A DNA stretch of 43,200 bases. It comes from Methanosarcinales archaeon. GTDB taxonomy: Archaea; Halobacteriota; Methanosarcinia; Methanosarcinales; Methanogasteraceae. The notes beneath the pieces are model-generated. The model searched no databases. It was not told the origin of the DNA and was given only the letters and a program-made list of their open reading frames with translations. Shown piece after piece: positions 15,639 to 25,229 of this stretch (the first letter of the stretch is position 1; each line of letters begins with the position of its first letter). The stretch is from the NCBI GenBank assembly GCA_030625165.1, contig DAOURL010000002.1, forward strand, positions 1 through 43,200. Direction: 5' to 3'. A program made the translations under genes and the position numbers.

Positions 15639-16613
15639 ATGAACGAAATATCGATAGAGGAACTCCCGGGTATCGGTCCTGCGACCGCTGAGAAACTGAA
15701 GGATGCGGGATTTAATTCAATCGAGGCGATTGCTGTTGCGTCGCCCTCGGAACTTGCGGGAACCGCGGAGATCGGGGAATCTACCGCTGTCAAGATCATC
15801 GCGGCAGCACGAACCTCTGCTGATGTCGGCGGATTCGAGACCGGAGACGCCATCCTCGAGCGCAGAAAAGAGATCGGCAAACTCAAGCTCGGATGCACCG
15901 AGGTTGACAACATGATGGGCGGGGGATTTGAAACACAGGCGATTACAGAGGTGTATGGCGAGTTTGGTTCCGGAAAGACGCAGATTGCGCATCAACTCGC
16001 AGTAAATGTGCAGTTACCGGTCGGCATGGGTGGACTATACGGATCTGTGATCATCATCGACACAGAGAACACATTCCGACCGGACCGGATCACAAGCATG
16101 GTGGAGGGTGCGTCAAAGAGATACGAAACCGAGTACGATCCCGAGGAATTCCTAAAAAACATCCATGTTGCCCGTGCATACAACTCCAACCATCAGATCC
16201 TTCTCATGGACACCGCATCCGAACTTGCGGATTCGCTCCGGGATACTGATAAGCCGGTACGCCTCCTGATTGTCGATTCGCTGACAGCGCACTTCCGGGC
16301 AGAGTATGTCGGCAGGGGCACGCTTGCTGACAGGCAGCAGAAATTAAACAAGCATCTGCACGCCCTCATGCGATTTGGCGACCTCCACAATGCGATGGTC
16401 TTTGTGACCAATCAGGTTATGTCAAAGCCAGATGCATTCTTCGGCGATCCGACAAAACCGATCGGCGGGCACATTCTCGGGCACACCTCGACATTCCGGC
16501 TATATCTGCGGAAATCGAAAGGCGACAAGCGGGTTGCAAAACTGGTCGACTCACCCAATCTGCCAGACGGCGAGGCACTATACACAGTGACACCGGAGGG
16601 GCTCTTCGATTGA
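15639..16613 (+). CDS. radA: DNA repair and recombination protein RadA
   Basis: N-terminal HhH ([18 protein letters not shown]), Walker [10 protein letters not shown], Walker B LLIVDS, about 324 aa. The track ORF start at 15420 is an upstream read-through of repeat DNA. Confidence 0.95.
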   Translation: MNEISIEELPGIGPATAEKLKDAGFNSIEAIAVASPSELAGTAEIGESTAVKIIAAARTSADVGGFETGDAILERRKEIGKLKLGCTEVDNMMGGGFETQAITEVYGEFGSGKTQIAHQLAVNVQLPVGMGGLYGSVIIIDTENTFRPDRITSMVEGASKRYETEYDPEEFLKNIHVARAYNSNHQILLMDTASELADSLRDTDKPVRLLIVDSLTAHFRAEYVGRGTLADRQQKLNKHLHALMRFGDLHNAMVFVTNQVMSKPDAFFGDPTKPIGGHILGHTSTFRLYLRKSKGDKRVAKLVDSPNLPDGEALYTVTPEGLFD

Positions 16614-17284
16614 TTGTGAAGGCGATTGCGATCGATATCGATGGCACGCTGACGCACAAGGACCGGAGCATCGACTGCCGCGCAGTAGAGTGCCTTCGCT
16701 CGCTTGATATCCCGATCGTGCTCGCTACAGGTAACGTGCTCTGCTTTGCAAGGGCGGCAGCGAAACTGATCGGAACCGGCGGGCAGATCATCGCGGAGAA
16801 CGGCGGCGTGGTCTCGCTTGAATACGATGGCAGGGAGTACTACAATGGCGATATCGATGCATGTGAACGTGCGTTTGATGCATTGACAGAACATCTTGGT
16901 GTGCATATCCAAAAACTCGATCCAGAGTACAGAAAGACCGATATAGCGCTTCGGAGGAACTTTGATGCTGCGGATGCGCGGCAGATCGTTGGCGAGGATA
17001 TCGATGTTGTGGATTCGGGATACGCCATCCATCTAAAGAGCAAGGATGTGGACAAGGGAACCGGACTCTTCCGGATAGCTGGTCTCATGGGTATCGATGC
17101 AAGCGACTTTGCTGCCATCGGGGACTCTGAAAACGATCTGCAACTGCTTGCCGCGGCTGGATTTGGGGTCGCTGTCGGTAATGCGCATCCGGCGCTTGCG
17201 GCTGCTGCCGATCTCGTGACCGCTGGCGAGTATGGCGCAGGCGTTGTCGAGGCGATCCAGTATCTGGCATCTTGCAAGATCTGA
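16610..17284 (+). CDS. Phosphoglycolate phosphatase, archaeal HAD-IIB type
   Basis: AIDIDGTLT (HAD motif I), [15 protein letters not shown]. The TTG start overlaps the radA stop. Confidence 0.8.
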   Translation: MIVKAIAIDIDGTLTHKDRSIDCRAVECLRSLDIPIVLATGNVLCFARAAAKLIGTGGQIIAENGGVVSLEYDGREYYNGDIDACERAFDALTEHLGVHIQKLDPEYRKTDIALRRNFDAADARQIVGEDIDVVDSGYAIHLKSKDVDKGTGLFRIAGLMGIDASDFAAIGDSENDLQLLAAAGFGVAVGNAHPALAAAADLVTAGEYGAGVVEAIQYLASCKI

Positions 17285-17312
17285 TCCCCACCGCATTCAG
17301 ACGGCGTAAACC

Positions 17313-20027
17313 TCAAACCCGGTTCTCATCATAATACCGGTCCAGAATCTCGACGATATTCCGCACCTCACAGTCCACCCTGTTCTTCGCAAGACCGTGC
17401 CTGAACTGGAGTTCGCAACTCGGGCAGGTGGTGACAACCACATCAGGATCGATCTTTCGGATATCGTTAAGTTTCCTCTCGAATATCCTCGCAGAGAGGT
17501 CCGAATGCAAGAAACTGTATGTGCCAGCCCCGCCGCAGCACCCATCCCCGAGTTCGACAAACTCTGATACAACCTTCGCAAGTATCCCGCCCCCGTTCCC
17601 AACGCCAGCAGCGGCGAGATGGCAGGGGTTGTGATATGCTGCACGGATATCAAGTTTCTTTCCCGAAAACATGCTATCGTCAAGATGCTTCGCAAGAAAC
17701 TCGCCGATATCATAAGTGATCGACGATACCCTCGCCGCGGCGTCGCCCAGTTCGTCCCCTTCCAGCAGCTCCCCGAATTTCTTAAGCATCATGGTGCAGG
17801 AGGCGCACGAGGTCACGATGGCATCGTATCTCTCGTCAGCGAATGTGGCGACGTTCTTCCTTGCGGTCTCCTTTACCAGATCGTAAAGCCCTTCCTCGAT
17901 CATCGGAAGCCCGCAGCACTGCTGCTCCGGGATAAAGACATTGAATCCACCCTTTGCAAGCACCCTGATCATCGAATCGATGACTTGATCATCGAATAGC
18001 GCGGATGCACACCCCACAAACACCGCGACATTCATCGCATCCGGATTCTGTTCCTGCACACACTCATCGAGTACCAGCGGTTCTCTCCTGATCTTCGGAA
18101 GATCCCTCCCAAGGAGCGTTCCTGCCACCGGCATTGCGATTCTCCCAAAGAACCGGGAATACCGCTCGAATCGGTTGTAATTAGATGCCCATATACGCAT
18201 CGCCTGTCTGGCATACAGGGGCGGGGTCTTCTGGGAAAAGAGCAGTTCTCCGATACTCGCATGGCTCGGGCATCTGGTCGCGCACCGGAGACAGCCGAGA
18301 CATGCGCCAAGCATCTTTCCTGCACTGCGCGACTCGCCATGCCCTGGATTTTCGAGTTTTCGGAACCTCGCAAGCTGTAGAAACGACCTCGAACCCGATT
18401 CTCCTTTCAATGTGATCGATATCGGGCAGACCGATTTGCAGTACCCGCAGTTGATGCACTTTTTTTCAAATCTGTTTATATATTCTGTTGGGTATTTTAT
18501 ATCATCCGTGATCTGCCTGTCGCTGAAGATTACATCAGGATTCAGGATGTCGTCAGGGTCAAAAATCTCCTTTATCTGCTGCATGTAACCGTATATCCTT
18601 CCACCCCACTCTTTTTTGAGGAACATCGTCCTGAGTCTGCCCATCCCGTGCTCGCCGGTCATGGTGCCGCCATACTTGAATACGACATCGTAAACCCTGT
18701 CCACCAGTTCAGGCAGCATATCGATGTTTTTTGGGTCGTTTAAGTTCAGCATCGGTCTGATATGCAGATTCCCTGATCCTGCGTGTCCGTAGACTGCAGA
18801 AGTTATGCCATATTCATCGAATATCTCATGCAGATCGCATATCAGCGGTGCAAGATCGGGTACGCTAACAGCAACGTCATCGATGAACGCATCCGGCTTC
18901 ATATCCTCATCATAGTTTGTCAGGATCGGGACAAGCGCTTTTCTGACAACCCATATCCTTTCCTGCACTTCTTCGTCCTCTGATTCGGAAAAAATTAAAC
19001 AAACATCATACCGCTCATGAATCATCCGTTCAAGATCGTCTATCTTTGATTTTCGGTCGTCGCCCTCGAATTCAACGAAGAGCGCACGTGCATTCGCAGG
19101 TATGCCCATATCGGGATGCTCTGCCCGGACAATTTCAAGAGAGGTTGAGTCCATCATCTCGATCTTTACAGGATCGAGTTTCTTGATGTGCTGGACTGCA
19201 TCACCGGCATCGTATAACTTTTTGAAGTATATCGCACTGATAGCCGTTCCCGATACAAGCGGGAGAACCTTCAGTCGTATTCGTGTGAAGATACCAAGAG
19301 TTCCGACGCTTCCGGACATCAGATGTGCGATCATACCGCCGATGTGGTCATGATCAAGCATCGCCCTGATATTATATCCGCTTGCAGTTTTTACGTCCCT
19401 TTTCGATTCGAGGTGTGCTATTGTATCGGTGTCAGCAAGTATCTGATTTTTTAGTCCGAGTAATCCGCCTGATATCCTGTCAGGAATGGTCTCTGCTCTG
19501 GCGGTATCGATGATCTCGCCGTCTGCTGATACAAACTCCACATCGGTCACGTAATCGTCTGTGGTTCCGTACTTCACAGACTTCGCCCCGCTCGCCTTCG
19601 TCCCGATATTGCCACCTATCATACAGATCTCAGAACTTGACGGGTCTGACGGGAGAAATAACCCTTTTTCACCGAGATATGCCTGAAGGTCATTTATTAC
19701 GACTCCTGGCTCCACATCAACAAAGAACTCCCCGTCTTTCTCCACAATATCAAAAATGCGGTTCATTTTCTTCGAGATATCCAGAATAATCCCCTTGCCA
19801 AGGCAGCTTCCTGCGAGATTGGTTCCGGCAGCCCTTGCTGTGACGGAAATTCCAAGTTCCTTTGCCGCCTTCACACACACGCTAACGTCTTCTGCATCTG
19901 CCGGGCAGACCACTGCAGACGGCAGGACCTGATAGATGCTCGCATCGGTTGAGTAGCAGTACAGCGTCGCAAGATCGGTGTACACCTCACCTCTGACGTT
20001 TTGGAGTGCTTTTTTGGTGTGGTTCAT
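17313..20027 (-). CDS. FAD-linked oxidase (GlcD/D-lactate dehydrogenase-like) fused to an Fe-S/CCG-domain subunit (GlcF-like)
   Basis: 904 aa. An N-terminal FAD_binding_4-type domain, two ferredoxin motifs (CINCGYCKSVCP, CLGCLRCATRCP), and C-terminal cysteine-rich CCG-type repeats. Confidence 0.85.
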   Translation of the reverse strand: MNHTKKALQNVRGEVYTDLATLYCYSTDASIYQVLPSAVVCPADAEDVSVCVKAAKELGISVTARAAGTNLAGSCLGKGIILDISKKMNRIFDIVEKDGEFFVDVEPGVVINDLQAYLGEKGLFLPSDPSSSEICMIGGNIGTKASGAKSVKYGTTDDYVTDVEFVSADGEIIDTARAETIPDRISGGLLGLKNQILADTDTIAHLESKRDVKTASGYNIRAMLDHDHIGGMIAHLMSGSVGTLGIFTRIRLKVLPLVSGTAISAIYFKKLYDAGDAVQHIKKLDPVKIEMMDSTSLEIVRAEHPDMGIPANARALFVEFEGDDRKSKIDDLERMIHERYDVCLIFSESEDEEVQERIWVVRKALVPILTNYDEDMKPDAFIDDVAVSVPDLAPLICDLHEIFDEYGITSAVYGHAGSGNLHIRPMLNLNDPKNIDMLPELVDRVYDVVFKYGGTMTGEHGMGRLRTMFLKKEWGGRIYGYMQQIKEIFDPDDILNPDVIFSDRQITDDIKYPTEYINRFEKKCINCGYCKSVCPISITLKGESGSRSFLQLARFRKLENPGHGESRSAGKMLGACLGCLRCATRCPSHASIGELLFSQKTPPLYARQAMRIWASNYNRFERYSRFFGRIAMPVAGTLLGRDLPKIRREPLVLDECVQEQNPDAMNVAVFVGCASALFDDQVIDSMIRVLAKGGFNVFIPEQQCCGLPMIEEGLYDLVKETARKNVATFADERYDAIVTSCASCTMMLKKFGELLEGDELGDAAARVSSITYDIGEFLAKHLDDSMFSGKKLDIRAAYHNPCHLAAAGVGNGGGILAKVVSEFVELGDGCCGGAGTYSFLHSDLSARIFERKLNDIRKIDPDVVVTTCPSCELQFRHGLAKNRVDCEVRNIVEILDRYYDENRV

Positions 20028-20061
20028 CCTTTACCCTCCGGATCGAAGACAACGTATTCAT

Positions 20062-20088
20062 AATCTCTGAAATCTCTGAAATCTCTGA
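20062..20088. repeat. 3 x 9-bp perfect tandem repeat in a divergent intergenic region
   Basis: AATCTCTGA occurs three times. Confidence 0.9.
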
Positions 20089-20229
20089 ACTTCTTACTGG
20101 CATCAATCTTTCTGGCGATTATTACATAATACTCCCCTCTATTTTTGTTCCCATCCCATCAACCCATGCCTTCAGAGCCCCTGAAATGCAAAGATTATAA
20201 GTCCATAACGCGCATATATCGAGGCATAC

Positions 20230-21300
20230 ATGTTCGATCCACAAACACTCGTCGTCCCTGACGGCACCAGGATGGAGGAGCGTACTATTGTGGTTGACGG
20301 TGGTGCGATCATCGGTGGCAGTACCAGCATCGAATACGGCGTCATCGCAGATGAGATCACGATCGGTGAGAACGTGAAGATCTATGGCGAGGTCTCTGCA
20401 CGTTCGGATGTTTACATCGACCGCCGGTCTGAGATCGGAGGCACTGTGCGTGCGAATGGCGACGCCCATCTTGGCGAGTTTACGAAGATCGATGGCAAAC
20501 TCGCTGTCGCAGGCAATCTTGACATCGGGGATCATGTATCGATCAAGGACGGATTCGAGGCGAGGGGCTGGATCACGATCAGAAACCCAATACCGCTCAT
20601 CATCTTCCTGTATCTGTACCTGAGTGAGCTGATACGCAGCGGCAAGGACGAAGAGGTAGAAAGAGCATTGGATGATCTCTTTTCCGATGATTCGGATGGT
20701 GTCGATACCCCGATGATGATACTGCCTGCCAAATCCAGAATCACGCTCAGCGCGATCGAAACAGGTAAGCCCGCACATATCGGAGACGACTGCCGGCTGC
20801 AAGGCAACATCCGTGCAGAATCGGTAGCTATGGGCAGCAACATAACCTTATTCGGAAGCATCAGGGCTAAAGACATCACGATCCGTGAAAATTGTATTGT
20901 TCATGGGAATATCGATGCGAGTGGTAACGTCAGCATCGGTAGTGGCAACCACGTGCTTGGCGATCTCCGTGCACAGGCTATCAATATCCATCGCAGCGCG
21001 GTAGTGGACGGCACGATGGACGCACCCCGCGGCATTGTGGTCGAGGAGACTGTAAGCGAGGTGGAAGAAGCAAGAAAGCCAGAAGCGGTTGAAAAGCAAA
21101 AAGAAGTGGGAACGCCAGAAGCGGAAGCAAAAGTAGGGGTAAAGAGAGCGAAGGATAAGAAATATGCAAGATCCGACAGAAATAGAGGACGAAAGCAATT
21201 TACAAAACCGCGAAGCAGGAGAGACAAACATAGTAGGGCGAAGGGGTATGGACGTGGGCAGAGATATTACGTACGAAGACGTGGCACAGAGCGTCATTGA
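20230..21300 (+). CDS. Bactofilin-like (polymer-forming, beta-helix repeat) protein with central hydrophobic segment and very basic tail
   Basis: Two blocks of short G/V/I-periodic repeats (..IGENVKIYGEVSARSDVYIDRRSEIGGTVRANGDAHLG.. and ..NITLFGSIRAKDITIRENCIVHGNIDASGNVSIGSGNHVLGDL..), separated by IPLIIFLYLYLSELI. The C-terminus is K/R-rich. Confidence 0.65.
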   Translation: MFDPQTLVVPDGTRMEERTIVVDGGAIIGGSTSIEYGVIADEITIGENVKIYGEVSARSDVYIDRRSEIGGTVRANGDAHLGEFTKIDGKLAVAGNLDIGDHVSIKDGFEARGWITIRNPIPLIIFLYLYLSELIRSGKDEEVERALDDLFSDDSDGVDTPMMILPAKSRITLSAIETGKPAHIGDDCRLQGNIRAESVAMGSNITLFGSIRAKDITIRENCIVHGNIDASGNVSIGSGNHVLGDLRAQAINIHRSAVVDGTMDAPRGIVVEETVSEVEEARKPEAVEKQKEVGTPEAEAKVGVKRAKDKKYARSDRNRGRKQFTKPRSRRDKHSRAKGYGRGQRYYVRRRGTERH

Positions 21301-22111
21301 CCTGCTTCTGAGGGCTGAGACCCGGCTTCCCGACGACGTGACCGCAGCACTAACGGATGCGCACGGGCGCGAGACCGATCCCACCGCAAGAGCGCAGATC
21401 GAGGCGATTCTTGAGAACATCGAACTCGCAGCGGCGCGAAAAGTTCCGATCTGCCAGGATACCGGAATACTGATATTCTTTGTCGAGATCGGAAGGGATT
21501 GCACGATTGATTTTAATATTAAGGATGCGATACGGGACGGTGTTAAAAAAGCAACCGAGATCGTACCGCTCAGACCAAACGCGGTGCATCCGACCAGGAG
21601 AGAGCCGTCCGGAAACGTTGGAATCGGACTGCCTGACATCATTCTTGATATCAGCGAGGGGGACCGCATAAGAATTACTGTGATGCCGAAAGGTGCTGGA
21701 AGTGAGAATGTGAGTCGGCTTGCGATGCTTAACCCCTCGCAGGTAGCGGATATCAAGCGGTTCGTACTCGAGACCGTCGCAGATGCCGGAGGGAAGCCGT
21801 GTCCCCCCATAATCGTTGGTGTCGGGATCGGCGGATCCTTTGACAAGGCAGCCCGCCTTGCAAAGAAGGCGTTACTGCGTGAAATCTACGATAACGCCTC
21901 CGGCGTCGACGCTTGCACTATGGACGATTTCGAGCTGGAGATACTCGATGCGATCAATTCACTCGGCATCGGCACGATGGGGCTTGGCGGAGATATCACC
22001 GCGCTTGCCGTGCATATCGAGTATGCGCACTGCCACACCGCATCGCTTCCTGTTGCTGTGAACATCCAGTGCTGGGCGAACCGGAGAGCGAGCGTGGAAC
22101 TTGGCAGGTGA
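21248..22111 (+). CDS. fumA: Class I fumarate hydratase / tartrate dehydratase, alpha (N-terminal) subunit
   Basis: MDVGRDITYEDVAQSVIDLL..LPDDV..PICQDTGILIFFVEIG..NVGIGLP is typical of the Fe-S hydro-lyase alpha subunit. I prefer the ATG at 21248 over the track start at 21164. Confidence 0.85.
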   Translation: MDVGRDITYEDVAQSVIDLLLRAETRLPDDVTAALTDAHGRETDPTARAQIEAILENIELAAARKVPICQDTGILIFFVEIGRDCTIDFNIKDAIRDGVKKATEIVPLRPNAVHPTRREPSGNVGIGLPDIILDISEGDRIRITVMPKGAGSENVSRLAMLNPSQVADIKRFVLETVADAGGKPCPPIIVGVGIGGSFDKAARLAKKALLREIYDNASGVDACTMDDFELEILDAINSLGIGTMGLGGDITALAVHIEYAHCHTASLPVAVNIQCWANRRASVELGR

Positions 22112-22157
22112 TCTTTCTGGCGTCTTGTGGTAGGTCTTTGGTAACGACTCTGTCGTC

Positions 22158-22436
22158 GACGCTTGCGTTATCTCGCGTCGCAGTGACCAAAAACCCGGAG
22201 ACTTTTTGATATTTTCGAAATAGGGTTTTTTGGAAAACCACAGAGGACACAGAGTGACACAGAGGGGGCGAAAGATGAAAATAACAACTCTCTGTGATCC
22301 TCTGTGCTCTCTGTGGTTTAATCTTCCTTAACGCCGAAGGCGTCGATGCTCGATCTTGAGAATGTCGACACCGCATTACCATAACCGGATCCTTGTGAAG
22401 TGAAAAAGTGCATGCATTCACGAATTACCAGAGAGC
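22158..22436. mobile_element. MITE-like element, family A, copy 2 (inverted relative to copy 1, about 50 bp longer)
   Basis: Collinear with the reverse complement of 13061-13287 (TATCTCGCGTCGCAGTGAC..GACTTTTTGATATTTT..hairpin 22234-22319..CGAATTACCAGAGAGC). Carries extra internal sequence at about 22330-22400. Confidence 0.6.
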
Positions 22437-22537
22437 CTTTGTGGTTTCATTATGCCACTTCGCATCCCTGACCGGGAAAACAACTCCCATAATCCACGCG
22501 ACCGTTAAGATGCAAACAGGATGATACAGATGCATAA

Positions 22538-24142
22538 ATGTTCGAACCAGCCTGCCGCGAGATCCTTGAGCAGATCCTGAATCACGGGATAACAAGCGAG
22601 CGTGAGCTTGATGCCGCCAAGAAGCGGGTCAGCGCAAAGTACAAACTCCGGAGTCTCCCAAAGAATTCGGAGATCCTTCTGCTCTGCTCTGCGGATGAGC
22701 GTGCCCGTGCGATCCATCTGTTGCAGCGAAAGTCGGTCCGCACGATATCAGGCGTTGCCGTGGTTGCGGTGATGACTTCGCCGCACCCGTGCCCGCATGG
22801 CGCATGTATCCCGTGCCCGGGCGGTCCCGCATCCGAATTCCAGACACCGCAGAGTTATATGGGCAGAGAGCCCGCCACGATGCGTGCGATCCAGTGCGGC
22901 TACGATCCGTACAAGCAGGTGGCAGTCCGGCTGCGGCAGTTGCAGAGCATCGGGCATCCGGTAGACAAGGTCGAACTGATCGTGATGGGCGGGACGTTCA
23001 CAGCCCGCCCGCCGGATTACCAGCAGTGGTTTGTCGGGCGGTCGATTTCGGCTATGAACGATTTTGGTGGCGCGGGCGTGCCCGATCAGGATATCGATCT
23101 CGATATCGAATCCGTGATTGACATGAACGAGACCGCTGCGGTCAGGAATATCGGGATCACCTTTGAAACCCGCCCGGATCACCTGTCCACCGTGGAGATC
23201 GACCGCCTGCTCGAGATGGGCGCAACGAAGGTGGAAGTCGGGGTTCAGAGCATCTATGACCGCGTACTCGAGAAGATCGATCGCGGGCATACCGTGCAGG
23301 ACGCAATCGCTGCCAACAAGCGTTTGCGTGACAGCGGGCTTAAGGTCGGATTCCATATAATGGTCGGGCTTCCCGGATCTGGTGCCAACGATGACCTGAA
23401 CATGTTTAAGACGCTCTTTAACGATCCTGCGTTCTGCCCTGACCACCTGAAGATCTATCCCACGCTAGTCACCGAGGGAACCGTGCTCCACCGGTGGTGG
23501 AAGGATGGCAGCTACCAGTCGCTTGACAACGTTTCAGCGATCGGGCTGCTCGCAGATATCAAGAGCGTGCTTCCAAAATGGGTGCGGCTGCAGCGGATCC
23601 AGCGGGACATTCCCGCGCAGCAGATCGCGGCAGGTGTCACAAAGAGCAACATCCGCCAGCTTGCAGAAGAGCGGCTCAGGTCGATGGGTGGGTCATGCAG
23701 GTGCATCAGGTGCCGCGAGGTCGGACATGCATCGCTGCACGGAAGGGTGCCTGAGAAGATTGAACTGTTGATCGAGACGTACAGTGCATGTGGCGGAACC
23801 GAGCACTTCATATCGTTTGAAGATACGGAAAACAATATCCTGATCGGTTTTCTGCGGCTGCGGTTCCCGGATTCTCCGCACCGGATAGAACTAGCAAACG
23901 CTGCTCTCGTGCGTGAACTGGTGGTGTACGGGAGGATGGTGCCATTGGGTGAAGAATCCAGCCCTCGTAGGGATCAGTGGCAGCACAGGGGTTACGGGCG
24001 TGAACTGCTCGCTGCTGCAGAGGATCTTGCATCCAAGCACGGATTTTCAAAAATCGCGGTTACAAGTGGTATCGGTGTGCGTGAGTATTACAGGAAGCGC
24101 GGTTATGTGCGCGAGGGCGCATACATGGTGAAGTACCTTTAA
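22538..24142 (+). CDS. elp3: ELP3-family radical-SAM / GNAT acetyltransferase (tRNA wobble-uridine modification)
   Basis: 534 aa. A radical-SAM core with a Cys cluster (CPHGACIPCPGG) and a C-terminal GNAT (WQHRGYGRELL). Confidence 0.9.
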   Translation: MFEPACREILEQILNHGITSERELDAAKKRVSAKYKLRSLPKNSEILLLCSADERARAIHLLQRKSVRTISGVAVVAVMTSPHPCPHGACIPCPGGPASEFQTPQSYMGREPATMRAIQCGYDPYKQVAVRLRQLQSIGHPVDKVELIVMGGTFTARPPDYQQWFVGRSISAMNDFGGAGVPDQDIDLDIESVIDMNETAAVRNIGITFETRPDHLSTVEIDRLLEMGATKVEVGVQSIYDRVLEKIDRGHTVQDAIAANKRLRDSGLKVGFHIMVGLPGSGANDDLNMFKTLFNDPAFCPDHLKIYPTLVTEGTVLHRWWKDGSYQSLDNVSAIGLLADIKSVLPKWVRLQRIQRDIPAQQIAAGVTKSNIRQLAEERLRSMGGSCRCIRCREVGHASLHGRVPEKIELLIETYSACGGTEHFISFEDTENNILIGFLRLRFPDSPHRIELANAALVRELVVYGRMVPLGEESSPRRDQWQHRGYGRELLAAAEDLASKHGFSKIAVTSGIGVREYYRKRGYVREGAYMVKYL

Positions 24143-24324
24143 CCGGGCCAGGTTCCGTACTGAAACCCAAGAGCGATCGCGAATATGCCAGCGACAACAG
24201 CGATTACGACAACGGTCTTTGGATTGATGCGTATCGCGGTCTCGTCTGCCTCGTAATATCTCATCAGACCCGCAGAAGACATAAGTCCGCTGCCGCTTGC
24301 TTTCTTTTTAGCCATTGATGTCAT
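24139..24324 (-). CDS. secG: Preprotein translocase subunit Sec61-beta (archaeal SecG)
   Basis: MAKKKASGSGLMSSAGLMRYYE..I.I.PKTVVVIAVV plus a C-terminal TM segment. The start may be the second ATG (24315). Confidence 0.7.
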   Translation of the reverse strand: MTSMAKKKASGSGLMSSAGLMRYYEADETAIRINPKTVVVIAVVAGIFAIALGFQYGTWPG

Positions 24325-24409
24325 TATCTCTGGCGATGTTACATAAACGTTTCTACCCTTAGATGAAGGGTTACTTTATTATGTATCTGCTACAGAATAT
24401 ACCTATTAC

Positions 24410-24787
24410 ATGAGTGTAAGGATTATGGCTGTGGACGATGAACCGGATACGGTAGACCTGATCACACTGGTGCTTGAAAATGAGGGATATGAGGTGCTGC
24501 CAGCTTACAGCGGCAGAGATGCGTTGGAAATGCTTAAAGATACAAAACCCGATCTGATCCTGCTGGATATTATGATGGAAGATATCGATGGCTGGGGGGT
24601 GTACGAATCAATCCGTAAAAACAAGGAAACGAAGAATATTCCGGTGGTGATGCTCACAGCAAAGGCGCAGTCCATCGATAAGATGATCGGTCTGCATGTT
24701 GTCGGGGTCGATGAATATATCACCAAGCCATTCGGTCACAGAGAGTTGATCGATGGTATAAAGAAGCACCTGCCAGTGACTGGATGA
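24410..24787 (+). CDS. Single-domain response regulator (CheY-like receiver)
   Basis: MAVDDEPD, phospho-acceptor LILLDIMM, VVMLTAK, and ITKPF. Confidence 0.85.
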   Translation: MSVRIMAVDDEPDTVDLITLVLENEGYEVLPAYSGRDALEMLKDTKPDLILLDIMMEDIDGWGVYESIRKNKETKNIPVVMLTAKAQSIDKMIGLHVVGVDEYITKPFGHRELIDGIKKHLPVTG

Positions 24788-24794
24788 GGGTGAG

Positions 24795-25229
24795 ATGGAC
24801 TACAAGGCGGGCTCGATTGGCAGGGTGTTCATCGCACGCATCGATCATGATGAGGATCTGCTTGACGAACTCGTCAAACTCGCAAGATCAGAAGAGATCA
24901 GCTATGCATTCTTCATGCTGATAGGTGCGGTTAAGAATATGCAGGTCGTGACCGGACCGAAGGAGGACACTGTCCCGCCGGATCCGATGTGGCGCTCGAT
25001 CACGGGTGCTTGCGAGATACTCGGCATCGGAAACATCCTCTGGAAGGACGGGAACCCGAGCATCCATCTCCATGCCGCGCTTGGTAAGGGAAACGACGTG
25101 ACTGTCGGCTGTCTGCGTGATAGCGTCGATGCATACCTCACCACCGAAGCCATCATATTCGAGATATCAGGCATCGCTGCAGAACGGGTGTACGACGACA
25201 AGTACGGGATTGCACGGATGGTGTTATGA
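24795..25229 (+). CDS. PPC/DUF296-domain protein
   Basis: 144 aa. GRVFIARIDHDEDLLDELVKLA..FFMLIGAVKNMQV and the later HLHAALG match the PPC (DUF296) fold pattern. Confidence 0.7.
   Translation: MDYKAGSIGRVFIARIDHDEDLLDELVKLARSEEISYAFFMLIGAVKNMQVVTGPKEDTVPPDPMWRSITGACEILGIGNILWKDGNPSIHLHAALGKGNDVTVGCLRDSVDAYLTTEAIIFEISGIAAERVYDDKYGIARMVL

Noticed and set aside
16412-17316. Minus-strand ORFs of 206, 158 and 124 aa
   Set aside because: They are shadow frames antisense to radA and the phosphoglycolate phosphatase gene.
21164-21247. Upstream start for fumA
   Set aside because: The homologous alpha-subunit N-terminus begins at MDVGRDITYEDV. The upstream 28 codons lie fully within the bactofilin-like gene.
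20848-21846. 332-aa minus-strand ORF
   Set aside because: It is antisense to both the bactofilin-like gene and fumA, which have clear family signatures. It is Ser/Pro/Leu-rich with low complexity, typical of a shadow ORF in GC-balanced DNA.
22748-23446. 232-aa minus-strand ORF
   Set aside because: It is antisense to the well-supported elp3 gene and has no motifs.
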